Source: a virus
Taxonomy: Duplodnaviria > Caudoviricetes
DNA: 64,000 nt
Virus record (IMG/VR): IMGVR_UViG_3300023218_000062
Direction: 5' to 3' (one strand)
The position numbers were made by a program, and so were the translations under genes. This document shows, piece by piece, positions 47,980 through 57,936 of this stretch (its first letter is position 1; each line of letters starts with the position of its first letter). Under the pieces are notes generated by a model that was not told where the DNA came from, searched no databases, and was given only the letters and a program-made list of their open reading frames with translations.

Positions 47980-50900
47980 ATGTCGTCAGAAAGAGAATTA
48001 AGTGATTTGTTCCAAAAAATGATCAGAAAGCTTGATAAGATAGCTGATTCTGGTTCTTCTTCATTTGCATCGTATGGTGGCGACTCTCAGTTTGTGAGAG
48101 ATGGCAATACAAGCCATGATCCGATAACTGCTGTAAGAAGTACAACTAGAGAAATGGATAATTTCAGAGATTCCATACGGAATGTTATGGATATCAATAA
48201 GAAAATATTTAAGTCTATGTTGGATGGTATACCAGTATATGGAAAATATAATAAAGCCGTAAGAGATGCTACCGAAGAAATAAAAAAGCAGTCTAAGGGG
48301 CAATCAGATGCATTCAAGAAATCCGCACATGCGATGAATGAGTTTGTTTCAAATGTGGGAGCTAATTCTAAATCGTTCGAAAAAGTAACAAATACTATGG
48401 CTAAGGTATATGATTCTACTAATAAATTAAAAGATTTAACCAAGAAAAGAACAGCCTTAGAATCAGAAATAAATTCCTCCCTAAAAAGACTGGGAGTGCG
48501 ACAGGAAAAAATCGACTCTGAATATAGGGATATTCCAAAAGTTTTAAAAAATGTAAAAGAACGAATTAAAGCGGAAACTGATAAGGGCACTAAACGAGAA
48601 TTAGAACAAACTAAGAAAAAATTAGAAAAACTAAATGAAATACCTGAAGCTGTTGCACAACTCAGCGCGGTAATGAATGATAATCAGCTGAAGAAGTTGG
48701 CCGAAAAGCATCCAGAATTAAAATCTATATTAGATCCCTTGTTTAAAAGACTAGACACTCTTTTGCGCGTAGAAGAACTAGGCTATAAACGTAGTACTAG
48801 CATAGATGAATTAGAATCTAAATTAGAAGACTCCACAGAATCTAATGATGGACTGAAAGGGGCATTATCATCATCAACTACTTGGATGCAAAAATTAGGT
48901 AAAATGTTTGATGAACGCTCTAGGGATCTAGAACGGGCATTAAATAACTTACGTAAATCGCTGGGAGCAGCTTTAGGCGAGAGCATTTCTAAGGAAGCTA
49001 ATCTGCTAATGATTAGACAGAGGTTTACTGGCAATACAAATGAATATTCGGCCCGCATACCTGCGCTCACTATGGGAATGAGTGAAGCCGACCTTCTTGG
49101 ATCAGTAGCAGAAAATCGAAACGTCATTCGGAGAATTGCACAGGATAGTGGCATGGCCGGTGGGGCTGGAGAATTATTACACTCTAATCAGTTGAGGGAG
49201 TTACAAAGACTTTCTAGAGAAATGGGCTATATGGGCAAAGATGGCTTAGATAACATAATAAAAATCTCTGATAATTTGCGCGTATTAGGCGTAAATTTAG
49301 ATCCCAAAAACATAAAAGATTCTGTAGAATTTTATAGAGATACCTTTAAAGACCTTGGAATTACTCAAGAACAGATGAGGAGATTTTTTGCTGATATGAG
49401 CAGCGAAGGAATGTTAAGAGTATTAAGTGCAGGGGAGGATGCCAGATTAGCTTCTATTGAATCAATGCAGGATGAAGTTGAATTTAGGGGAAAATTGGCA
49501 AGAGTGCTTAACCAAGAACTAGAGATACAACAAAAGAGAGTTAGAGAACTTGCAGGTCTAGCATATGGTGGGCCGGGTGAGGCTATAAAGCGATCTATAG
49601 GTGTCCAAATTTTAGCTGAGCAGGCTGGCATGGATCAATCAACAGTAAGATTGTTGGGGGAACAAACGAGAACAGGGGGTGTGAGCTTATCAGGTGAAGA
49701 AAGGCAGGCAGCAGCCACAAACTACAATAGATTGGTCGGAGATATTGGGGGATTATTACATGATGCCGTTCGTGCTGATGACACTGGTATGAGAGCAATG
49801 CTGACTCAAGTTATGGGCATGGCAGGTGTTGAAGGTAGAGACGCAGTAGAAGCATATATCAGAAGAGGTGGAGATTTAGGTGAGTTAAGTGTTGAGGATG
49901 TTTTAAGCTCAGCACGGGCTGAAACAGAAAGAACTGCATCAGAAGTCGGAAAATGGGGCCATGCCACAGTAACTACTCTAGAACATATGCAGGGAGCTTT
50001 ACAGAGTTCAATAGGAAAAGCGGCCGGTGGCATAATTTCCGCAATTTGGGAGGCGGTAGGTGTAGGGATAAGCGCCGGTCTCGCCTCTAGAATTGCTCGC
50101 CATGGTTCTATCATTGGTGGCCGTGGCACTCGATCATTTGGCCGCCGCGCGATGGGTATTGGAGGTAAAATTTTACGCGGAGGAGGCCCCGTAGCACTAG
50201 CCGGTATAGCGGCATCATCTTTAGCCCCAGAAGGCCCCCAAGGTGATCTTCTTCGGACAGGAGGAAATACTGTCTCTGGTGCCGGGACGGGAGCACTTCT
50301 GGGGTCTGCTATCGCACCCGGATTAGGTACTGTAATAGGTGCGGCTCTAGGAGGTCTTGTTAGTGGCGGTTTAACAATTAATGCAAATAGGAAAAGAGGT
50401 GAAGAAAGACGACGGCAGCAACTGATGACCAGAGCGGTCTCTCATATGGCCATGGGAAATTTCGGTGCAGAGCAAACACCCGAACTCACCGAAAGAGAAA
50501 AACAGCTACGAAGTGATTACGAAGAAGCATTTCGTAATAACGACCAGAGTAGGATGAGAGCTATAATGAATCAACTTGAGCATGGTTCTCATGGTTTAAG
50601 GACTAGAAGTTTAATGGAAAACATAGATAGGTTTTCAAATATGCGGAGGGGAAGACTTGTTCCATCAGGAACAACCATTACAAATGAAATGACTGGTGAA
50701 GAAATCCCTATGTATAAAGCAGTAGAAACGGAAAGGTCTAAAAGATATGCTAGAGCAATAGAAGAGGATATTACTAGCTATTTAGATACCGAAGAATTCG
50801 CGAATTTAGCAGTTCGTGAGCCAATAGAAGTATTATTACGCATGATAAAATCAAATAGTATAACATTGGAAAATGAAGAAGACACCATTAAAATGCTTAA

Positions 50901-51102
50901 CGCAAGATTAGAAACTATAGCGTTAAATACAGAATTAGGTTACAAAAAAGTTGATGAGGGCAATCAGGATATGAGAAATCATTTTAGTAAAATGTCAGAA
51001 GATGAAATAAGAAATGCTATTGAATCATCTCTAACGGCACAACGAAACCAAGCACAAAATAGAATAATAGGACAAACCAGAAATTTCTCAGAACGAGAAT
51101 AA
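47980..51102 (+). CDS. Probable tape measure protein
   Basis: 1040 aa, largely helical/coiled, with a Gly/Ala-rich hydrophobic segment GAGTGALLGSAIAPGLGTVIGAALGG. Confidence 0.7.
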   Translation: MSSERELSDLFQKMIRKLDKIADSGSSSFASYGGDSQFVRDGNTSHDPITAVRSTTREMDNFRDSIRNVMDINKKIFKSMLDGIPVYGKYNKAVRDATEEIKKQSKGQSDAFKKSAHAMNEFVSNVGANSKSFEKVTNTMAKVYDSTNKLKDLTKKRTALESEINSSLKRLGVRQEKIDSEYRDIPKVLKNVKERIKAETDKGTKRELEQTKKKLEKLNEIPEAVAQLSAVMNDNQLKKLAEKHPELKSILDPLFKRLDTLLRVEELGYKRSTSIDELESKLEDSTESNDGLKGALSSSTTWMQKLGKMFDERSRDLERALNNLRKSLGAALGESISKEANLLMIRQRFTGNTNEYSARIPALTMGMSEADLLGSVAENRNVIRRIAQDSGMAGGAGELLHSNQLRELQRLSREMGYMGKDGLDNIIKISDNLRVLGVNLDPKNIKDSVEFYRDTFKDLGITQEQMRRFFADMSSEGMLRVLSAGEDARLASIESMQDEVEFRGKLARVLNQELEIQQKRVRELAGLAYGGPGEAIKRSIGVQILAEQAGMDQSTVRLLGEQTRTGGVSLSGEERQAAATNYNRLVGDIGGLLHDAVRADDTGMRAMLTQVMGMAGVEGRDAVEAYIRRGGDLGELSVEDVLSSARAETERTASEVGKWGHATVTTLEHMQGALQSSIGKAAGGIISAIWEAVGVGISAGLASRIARHGSIIGGRGTRSFGRRAMGIGGKILRGGGPVALAGIAASSLAPEGPQGDLLRTGGNTVSGAGTGALLGSAIAPGLGTVIGAALGGLVSGGLTINANRKRGEERRRQQLMTRAVSHMAMGNFGAEQTPELTEREKQLRSDYEEAFRNNDQSRMRAIMNQLEHGSHGLRTRSLMENIDRFSNMRRGRLVPSGTTITNEMTGEEIPMYKAVETERSKRYARAIEEDITSYLDTEEFANLAVREPIEVLLRMIKSNSITLENEEDTIKMLNARLETIALNTELGYKKVDEGNQDMRNHFSKMSEDEIRNAIESSLTAQRNQAQNRIIGQTRNFSERE

Positions 51103-51131
51103 TTTTTAATATATCAACCACACATTAAATA

Positions 51132-51139
51132 CATAAATA
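51132..51139 (+). promoter_or_regulatory. Late promoter CATAAATA
   Basis: 25 nt upstream of the portal ATG. Confidence 0.6.
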
Positions 51140-51163
51140 TCATCATATTGAATAATATATAAA

Positions 51164-52906
51164 ATGGCAATTACCAAATTTTATAAAGTAGTAAGACCCC
51201 AAGGAAAAGACTCTGAAGTTTATACAAACCAAGATTTATATGGATCTGGTGGCGTGTATGGAAGAAGCTCTTGGTACAATAGGATGGTCAATGGATCCGC
51301 TTCTCGTCGTAATCAATATAGAGAATATGATTCTATGGACAATGACTCTGATATCTCTTTAGCGTTAGATTATATTGCAGAAGAGATGACAGGGAATAAT
51401 CCTAAAGAAAAAGATGCTCTTGAGGTGAAAATAACACCACAGCCAAACCAAGAGATAACGACTACTACATCAATGACTCTCAGAGCAGCATTGCAGACAT
51501 TCATAAAGGTCCAATGTTTGGAAAATAATAGATTATTTAATATATGTCGCTCCACTATAAAATACGGAGATTTATTTTTTATACGTTCTAGAAAAAATAA
51601 CGGAAAATGGATATATGCACACCCCAAAAATGTTGAGAGCGCCATTGTTTCTAAAGAAGATGTTACAAACGTTAAAGCATGGAATATAAAAACTGAGGTA
51701 GAAAGTACACCATATAGAAATTTTACTGGAGCATCTTACTCTAATCCGTATTCTAGCGAAGAATCACAAATGGCACAACCATTTTTAGCAAAAGATGTTG
51801 TTAGATTTAGTTTATTTGACGAAACTTCTGAAGAAGCACCATTCGGATTATCTATTTTGAGGCCAATATACAAACCATTTAAACAGAAAGAACTTTTAGA
51901 AGATTCAATTGTTATATACAGAATTCAGAGAGCACCTGAACGAAGAGTGTTTTATATTGATGTAGGTAGATCTCATCCACATAATGTATCTCAAATTTTA
52001 GAAAAGGTAAAAAATGATTTTAGACAGAAAAGAATTCCTACGACTCACGGGCATGGACATGGCCACCACGGGGGACATTTCAAGAATCAGGGCCAGTCGC
52101 AGGTAGATGCGGTTTATAATCCACAATCCATGCAGGAAGACTTTTTTCTGGCGGTGCGGCCTAATGCTACTGGAAGTCGCATTGAGACTCTACCGGGCGG
52201 TCAGAATTTAGGAAATTTAGATGATTTACATATATTTTTTAGAAAGATATGGAGAGGCTTGAAAATACCCGAGAGCTATATTAATACTCTTGAAGGTGAT
52301 GGTGGTTCAGGGACTTTTAATGATGGTAGAGTGGGTATTGCCCTTATGCAAGAAGTTAAGTTCAGCTTATATATTGAGAGGCTACAGTCGTTCATAGAAA
52401 AAACTTTAGATGAAGAGTTCAAACGTTTTATATATGAAAATGGAATAAATATAGATCCTACAATATATAAAATCACATTACCGTCGCCGTCTAACTTTAA
52501 GAAGAGTAGAGATCAAGAAATTGATACTGCACTTATTAATACCTATATAAATGTTAAAGACGATAATAATTTATCTAAGAGATTTGCCCTCAAGAAATAT
52601 TTGCAACTTACTGAAGAAGAAATGAATCTCAATGAAAGAATGCTTAGAGAAGAAAAGGGTCTCCCTATCAACGGTGGAAGAGAAGACATGCCTAAACTAT
52701 ATAACCCTGAAGAAGCAGAAGCTGGGGGGTTCGAAGGCGGGTTAGGTGGCGCTCCTTCAATGGGAGGAGCAGAAGGCGGCCTTGGTGGATTAGACGATGA
52801 AAACGAAGAGGGAGAAGACCTTGGTGGATTAGAGGACGAAGCCAGCCCCGAAAGGATGAAAGGCGACGAGGGCGAAGAAACTGAAACACCAGAGAACACA
52901 TCATAA
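51164..52906 (+). CDS. gp20: Portal protein
   Basis: LLEDSIVIYRIQRAPERRVFYIDVG, MQEDFFL, IETLPGGQNLGNLDDL. Confidence 0.97.
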   Translation: MAITKFYKVVRPQGKDSEVYTNQDLYGSGGVYGRSSWYNRMVNGSASRRNQYREYDSMDNDSDISLALDYIAEEMTGNNPKEKDALEVKITPQPNQEITTTTSMTLRAALQTFIKVQCLENNRLFNICRSTIKYGDLFFIRSRKNNGKWIYAHPKNVESAIVSKEDVTNVKAWNIKTEVESTPYRNFTGASYSNPYSSEESQMAQPFLAKDVVRFSLFDETSEEAPFGLSILRPIYKPFKQKELLEDSIVIYRIQRAPERRVFYIDVGRSHPHNVSQILEKVKNDFRQKRIPTTHGHGHGHHGGHFKNQGQSQVDAVYNPQSMQEDFFLAVRPNATGSRIETLPGGQNLGNLDDLHIFFRKIWRGLKIPESYINTLEGDGGSGTFNDGRVGIALMQEVKFSLYIERLQSFIEKTLDEEFKRFIYENGINIDPTIYKITLPSPSNFKKSRDQEIDTALINTYINVKDDNNLSKRFALKKYLQLTEEEMNLNERMLREEKGLPINGGREDMPKLYNPEEAEAGGFEGGLGGAPSMGGAEGGLGGLDDENEEGEDLGGLEDEASPERMKGDEGEETETPENTS

Positions 52907-52985
52907 CTCAGTACTAGGATCCCCATAAGAACTTAGATGAAAACAGTTTTTTATCTTTTTTGAAAAAAATCTAAATAAATATATG

Positions 52986-52993
52986 TATAAATA
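52986..52993 (+). promoter_or_regulatory. Late promoter TATAAATA
   Basis: 25 nt upstream of the ATG at 53018; SD AGGAG. Confidence 0.65.
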
Positions 52994-53017
52994 TTAAATT
53001 ATTACAAGGAGTTATTA

Positions 53018-53686
53018 ATGAATACAAAATCTAGAAAGTTTTTAGAACAGTTTATTAAAGAGCATGGTGCAGCACAGGGTTATAGTGAAAAGTTGGATGA
53101 ACTGTTTAGTGATTATTTAACGGAAAATTTTTCAGGTATTATTGTTGAAGATCACGAAAATAGAATGACCGCATCTGAAATGGCTAAGCATATAAAGAAG
53201 CTTTACAAAATGTGTGAAGATGAAAGCATTGAAAAGAAATTTCTTAAGCACCTAGGTAAGGCAGTAGATGTTGATAATTGCTCTGAAAAAGATATCAAAA
53301 AATGTGCCGAAAGGTTATGTAAGGAAAATGATGCAAAATGTGATGACGTTATCCACGAATTAGAAGATATGGTAGATTACGCATATGATGAACCGGATGA
53401 CGAAGACGAGGACAATAAAAAGTCAGAAAAGAAGTTAGATGAGGCTACTAAGGGTTCCATTATACGTAAGGGCAATGAAAAAATGGTGGTATTAGACAAT
53501 TTGGGTGGCGGAGATGTGAGAGCCGCCCGCATACATCATGGGAAACCATTATATCGGACTTCAACTTTAGTTAGGAGTGGATATTATGTTGATACTGGTG
53601 AAAAAATTAAAATAAATGAGCCTGTGTCTTCTAGGGAGAGAGATCCCTCTAGTGGGGGGTTTGAAGACCATTCAGTCAGCCTATGA
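53018..53686 (+). CDS. Hypothetical head-cluster protein
   Basis: Late promoter and SD; acidic, Cys-containing N-terminal half. Confidence 0.7.
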   Translation: MNTKSRKFLEQFIKEHGAAQGYSEKLDELFSDYLTENFSGIIVEDHENRMTASEMAKHIKKLYKMCEDESIEKKFLKHLGKAVDVDNCSEKDIKKCAERLCKENDAKCDDVIHELEDMVDYAYDEPDDEDEDNKKSEKKLDEATKGSIIRKGNEKMVVLDNLGGGDVRAARIHHGKPLYRTSTLVRSGYYVDTGEKIKINEPVSSRERDPSSGGFEDHSVSL

Positions 53687-53692
53687 TTATTT

Positions 53693-53863
53693 ATGAAAAT
53701 ACAAAACGTCTTAGATACCGGCCCTAAGAAGTCTGCCATGGATTTGTGGATGGATAATTTGTATACTACAAGCGGCAAAAAGAAAAAGAAAATTCTTCCT
53801 AAACAGAAAAAAATATTTTTTGGAACTGATTATGGACCAGATGATAAGAGGTATAGGAAATAA
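53693..53863 (+). CDS. 56-aa basic small ORF absent from the track
   Basis: MKIQNVLDTG...DKRYRK; its TAA overlaps the ATG of the next ORF (TAATG). Confidence 0.55.
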   Translation: MKIQNVLDTGPKKSAMDLWMDNLYTTSGKKKKKILPKQKKIFFGTDYGPDDKRYRK

Positions 53864-54090
53864 TGAACAGATTATTCAGACGAAAAATATTAGAACGAAT
53901 AGATTATTTTAATTATATCAATCCAGATATATTCTATGATGATAAAAAAGATAATGATAAGAATAAAAATAAAACGTCAAAAAAAGTATCTAAGGAAAAG
54001 ACATATAGGAAGGGCAATAAGCATTTGTCAAAGAAACAGGCAAAAGATATTAGAAAGTATATGCAATATTCTAATGCTATAAGTGAATAA
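53863..54090 (+). CDS. Small basic hypothetical protein
   Basis: 75 aa, K-rich, coupled to the upstream ORF. Confidence 0.55.
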   Translation: MNRLFRRKILERIDYFNYINPDIFYDDKKDNDKNKNKTSKKVSKEKTYRKGNKHLSKKQAKDIRKYMQYSNAISE

Positions 54091-54091
54091 T

Positions 54092-54099
54092 TATAAATA
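54092..54099 (+). promoter_or_regulatory. Late promoter TATAAATA
   Basis: 31 nt upstream of the ATG at 54130. Confidence 0.6.
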
Positions 54100-54129
54100 A
54101 TGTTAAATAATAAAAAAGGTAACTTGATT

Positions 54130-54849
54130 ATGCAAAAAGAGAAATTAACAAAAGTAATTGATGGTTTAGCTGAAGGTAATGATGTTAAAAGTCTTTTGTC
54201 TTCGATAATTACTGAAAAAACTAGGAAAATTTTAGGAATTGTCACAGAAACGGATGAATCAATTCACATTAAAAACAATGATGTTTTTGTTGGTAAACAG
54301 AAAGTTGGAAGTTTTACCGTAGAAGGCGATGACATTGAATTTGTTGATAGTGAAGGGAATTCTAAGACTTTTTCTACGGATAATGAAATGATGGAATATG
54401 TAGCTGCGTTGAACGAAGGTGAAACTGCAAAAATTGCTGTACAGCGTAGAGAAGATCGTTTGAAAAAAGTACATAACCGTCCACACGATAAAGATTCTCC
54501 AATGGGAGAGTATAAGAGAACCAAATTGGCGTCATATCATAAAGATCCTAGAATGGAAAATCCTAGTAACCATGAACATGGAAAGGATGACCCGTCAAGC
54601 AAGGATCTGAATGATACTTCAAGTGGTGGATCACAGAAATCTACAGATGGTCCTACAGGAGACTATGATAAACATGAACTATCTTCTAAGCATAAGGATA
54701 GTAGAATGGAAAATCCTAAAAAAAATGAACATGGTTTGGATGACCCATCTTTTGGTGATGAGATTACTTCAGGTGGTAAAGAGGGGTCCTCACCAGATAA
54801 AGAATATGATATAAGAAAAAAACATAAAAAAAATGACCACACGGTGTAA
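54130..54849 (+). CDS. Putative prohead core protein with internal duplication
   Basis: Immediately upstream of the protease gene (gp67/gp68 position); HKD(P/S)RMENP..(H/N)EHG.DDPS occurs twice; start moved from 54100. Confidence 0.6.
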   Translation: MQKEKLTKVIDGLAEGNDVKSLLSSIITEKTRKILGIVTETDESIHIKNNDVFVGKQKVGSFTVEGDDIEFVDSEGNSKTFSTDNEMMEYVAALNEGETAKIAVQRREDRLKKVHNRPHDKDSPMGEYKRTKLASYHKDPRMENPSNHEHGKDDPSSKDLNDTSSGGSQKSTDGPTGDYDKHELSSKHKDSRMENPKKNEHGLDDPSFGDEITSGGKEGSSPDKEYDIRKKHKKNDHTV

Positions 54850-54857
54850 GTGATAAT

Positions 54858-55487
54858 ATGCAAACTCTTATTGAACATATCTCGCCATCCGATGCTCACA
54901 TAGTATGCGAAAATGCAAATGATTCTAAGTCCATGTGGCTTAACGGAATCTTTATGCAAGCAGATGTACAGAATAGAAATAAACGAGTATATCCAGTCTC
55001 AGAAATGACAAATGCTGTGGCCAAAGCTTCAGAAACCATTAAAGAAAATGGTGGAATTTTTGGAGAACTCGACCATCCAGCGGAGCTAACCATAAACATG
55101 GATCGAATATCACATGCCATCAAAGAAATGTATGTTGATGGAAACAATGTGTACGGTAAAGCACAATTACTAAAAACCCCCATGGGATTAATTGCAGAAG
55201 AGCTTGCACGTTCTGGAGTTCGTTATGGAATATCAAGTCGCGGTGCCGGTCAAGTGAATGAAAGTGATGGCCAAGTAAGCGGGTATATATTTGTTACTGC
55301 TGATCTTGTAGCAACCCCCTCTGCCCCCGGCGCATTTCCAAAACCCGTTTATGAAGGACTACAAAACAGCAAAGAGGGAAATAGAGTTCTGTCTCTATCA
55401 GAAAGCATGCAACACGACGAATCTGCACAAAAATATTTTCAAAAATCTATTATACAATTTGTTGAAAATGTTTTTAATAAAATGTAA
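54858..55487 (+). CDS. gp21: Prohead core protease
   Basis: GIFMQADVQNRNKRVYP, GELDHP, GISSRGAG, DLVATPSAPGA. Confidence 0.97.
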   Translation: MQTLIEHISPSDAHIVCENANDSKSMWLNGIFMQADVQNRNKRVYPVSEMTNAVAKASETIKENGGIFGELDHPAELTINMDRISHAIKEMYVDGNNVYGKAQLLKTPMGLIAEELARSGVRYGISSRGAGQVNESDGQVSGYIFVTADLVATPSAPGAFPKPVYEGLQNSKEGNRVLSLSESMQHDESAQKYFQKSIIQFVENVFNKM

Positions 55488-55490
55488 ATG

Positions 55491-55536
55491 TTGAAAAAAC
55501 ACACCTTTCATGATATGATATCATGAAAGGTGTGTT
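55491..55536 (+). promoter_or_regulatory. Sigma70 promoter embedded in a perfect 19-bp inverted repeat
   Basis: TTGAAA-17 bp-TATGAT with TGn; IR arms 55498-55516 and 55518-55536. Confidence 0.75.
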
Positions 55537-57041
55537 CAATTATTATAATGTCTGCAGAAGAGTTATATTTTCTAACCGAAAAATACCCCCCAAGACGCAG
55601 CACATCTAATGTGCGTATAAAATATCCTAAAGAATACGAAAAACTAATAGAATTAACAAGTTTCTTACCTGATACTGCAACAACATCCCAACGCTTATGG
55701 CATGTTCGCCATGATAAATTTGAATTCCCTATATGTGAACATGAAGATTGTATTAAACCCACAAAATGGACTCCATCATATTCAGATTATGCACGCTTTT
55801 GCTCTACAAGATGCTTCAATAAAAATAAAACAAAGAATGCAGAAATTAACAAACATCGTAAAAACATAGAAAAGTACGGTGAAAACTATGAAGATTTGAC
55901 GACATTAGATAAAATGAAACTAACTAATGTTAAACGATATGGTGTGGATAACCCATTTAAAAATGTCAATAGGATACGAAAAAGAAATAATGAAAAATAT
56001 GGATGTGATTTTCATTTTCAGCAACATTTATCCGAAGACTCTTTGAGTAAATTGAATGATAAAGAATGGTTAGTTGAAATGAATCATAATCAGAAACGTA
56101 GTTGTGTAGAAATTTCAGAAAAATTAGAGGTTAATAATTCTACAGTAAATAAAGCAATGTATAGACTAGGGCTTATACCTAGTTATCTCTATTCATCAAG
56201 TTACTCTGAGAAACAATTAGCAACATATTTAAAAGATCAGCATATTACAGTAGTCGAAAATGATAGGTCTGTCATAGCCCCGTTAGAACTGGATATTATG
56301 CTACCAGATTACAATCTAGCGATAGAATATTGTGGATTGTACTGGCATAATGAACTGCACAAAGATAATAATTATCATGAAAATAAGTACAAAAAATGTA
56401 AAGAGATAGGAATTGATTTATTAACCATATATGAAGATGAATGGCATGATAAATCTGAATTAATAAAAAAGATGATAATGCATCGAATAGGAATGAATAC
56501 AGCTACTAAAATATACGCTAGAAGTTGTAAAATAGCTGAGGCGTGTTCAATGGATAAAAAAGAATTCTTTGATAATACGCACATTCAAGGAAATGGCCCA
56601 AGTTCTATTAATGCAGGATTATATCATAATGGTAGTTTAGTGGCTTGTGTGGGGCTGATAAGAACTAAAAATGAAAAAATGGTATTGAATAGATTTTCTA
56701 CAAAATATATTGTCCCCGGAGCATTTTCGAGATTGTTAAAATATATATTAAATAAGTATAAACCAAGCGAAATAATAACATTTGCGGATCTTAGATGGGG
56801 AGATGGGAAATTATATCAAGCTAATGGTTTTACATTAGATAAAAAACTAAAACCTGATTATTATTATGTTTATCAAAATAAACGATTTCATAAATTTAAT
56901 TTTAGGCATAACAAACTCAAAAAACTATTATCTTATTATGATAATGATAAAACTGAACATGAAAATTGCGTAAACAACAATATTTTCCGAATATATGATT
57001 GTGGAAAATATAGATACGTTTTAGGAAATGACTATAAATAG
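55530..57041 (+). mobile_element. Free-standing Hef-like homing endonuclease gene, copy 2 (start GTG 55530 or ATG 55548)
   Basis: C..C..FCS..C finger; KRYGVDNPF repeats; ELDIMLP..LAIEYCGLYWHN..YEDEW; GNAT/Mom-like C-terminus. Confidence 0.85.
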
Positions 57042-57072
57042 ATCATAATAATAATAAACAGTAGTAATATTT

Positions 57073-57097
57073 GGCCCCGTTAATTGGGGCCTTTTTT
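57073..57097 (+). terminator. Intrinsic terminator
   Basis: GGCCCC-7 nt-GGGGCC-TTTTTT. Confidence 0.8.
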
Positions 57098-57152
57098 CGT
57101 CCCTAAAAATAACTTCTAAATATAAGTGCTTATACAGACGAGGTAGCATAAC

Positions 57153-57509
57153 ATGGAATATAAAGAAGAGTTTTTTGGAACGTTAATTTTGAAAGTAGTA
57201 AGGGATGATAAAAACCCAAATAAAGAGTATGTAAATTGGGTTATCGTCGATACTGAAAAGACGGTGGATAGAGAAAGAGAAATAGAAGATGGGGATTTCT
57301 TACAAGTTTTTGATGGCTCTGGCAGATTGATGTTGAATAAAATAATATATAGAGATTATGATAGTTTATATGATCATAGACATGGTATCCAATTATACAA
57401 TGGAATGCGCGTGGCTTGGTTACCCACGGGAATAGAGACTGGATTTTGGAGAAGTCTTTTTTTAGATCAAGCTAGAGCAAGATTGCTCAAAAGAGATAAC
57501 GAGGATTGA
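57153..57509 (+). CDS. Hypothetical protein
   Basis: 118 aa; SD GAGG upstream. Confidence 0.7.
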   Translation: MEYKEEFFGTLILKVVRDDKNPNKEYVNWVIVDTEKTVDREREIEDGDFLQVFDGSGRLMLNKIIYRDYDSLYDHRHGIQLYNGMRVAWLPTGIETGFWRSLFLDQARARLLKRDNED

Positions 57510-57697
57510 TAGTGCCATTATTTGAATTTAAATGTAATAAGTGTAACAAGAGCATTGACAAAATAATGTCATTTGCAGAATCAGAAAAATATGTTGTTCC
57601 ATGTGAATGTGGAACAGGAGAAATGAAGAAAACGTTAGTTAACCAGTTCAATGTGAAATATAAAGGAAATTGGTTTTCAAAAAATAAGACATATTAA
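57506..57697 (+). CDS. FmdB-like zinc ribbon protein
   Basis: PLFEFKCNKC...PCECG...FNVKYKGNWF. Confidence 0.75.
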   Translation: MIVPLFEFKCNKCNKSIDKIMSFAESEKYVVPCECGTGEMKKTLVNQFNVKYKGNWFSKNKTY

Positions 57698-57698
57698 T

Positions 57699-57725
57699 AA
57701 AAAGGGGAGAATTTCTCCCCTTTTT
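57699..57725. terminator. Bidirectional terminator
   Basis: AAAAAGGGGAGA-ATT-TCTCCCCTTTTT. Confidence 0.8.
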
Positions 57726-57883
57726 ATTGCACAACTTACTGATAATATAGATTTTTTATTAGTATAGATAAACGTTATAGAAAAAAAATGAAAATATTAT
57801 ATAAAAATATAATTAAAAAAAATCCAATAAAAACAAGTACTTATAAATTAATTAAATTATTGTAAATTATTTCTTTTGATTGT

Positions 57884-57891
57884 AATAAATA
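57884..57891 (+). promoter_or_regulatory. Late promoter AATAAATA of the scaffold-capsid operon
   Basis: 46 nt upstream of the ATG at 57937; SD GAGGAG. Confidence 0.5.
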
Positions 57892-57936
57892 ATTTACGTA
57901 AATTTTATACTCAAAAATTAAGAGGAGAATTCAGAC

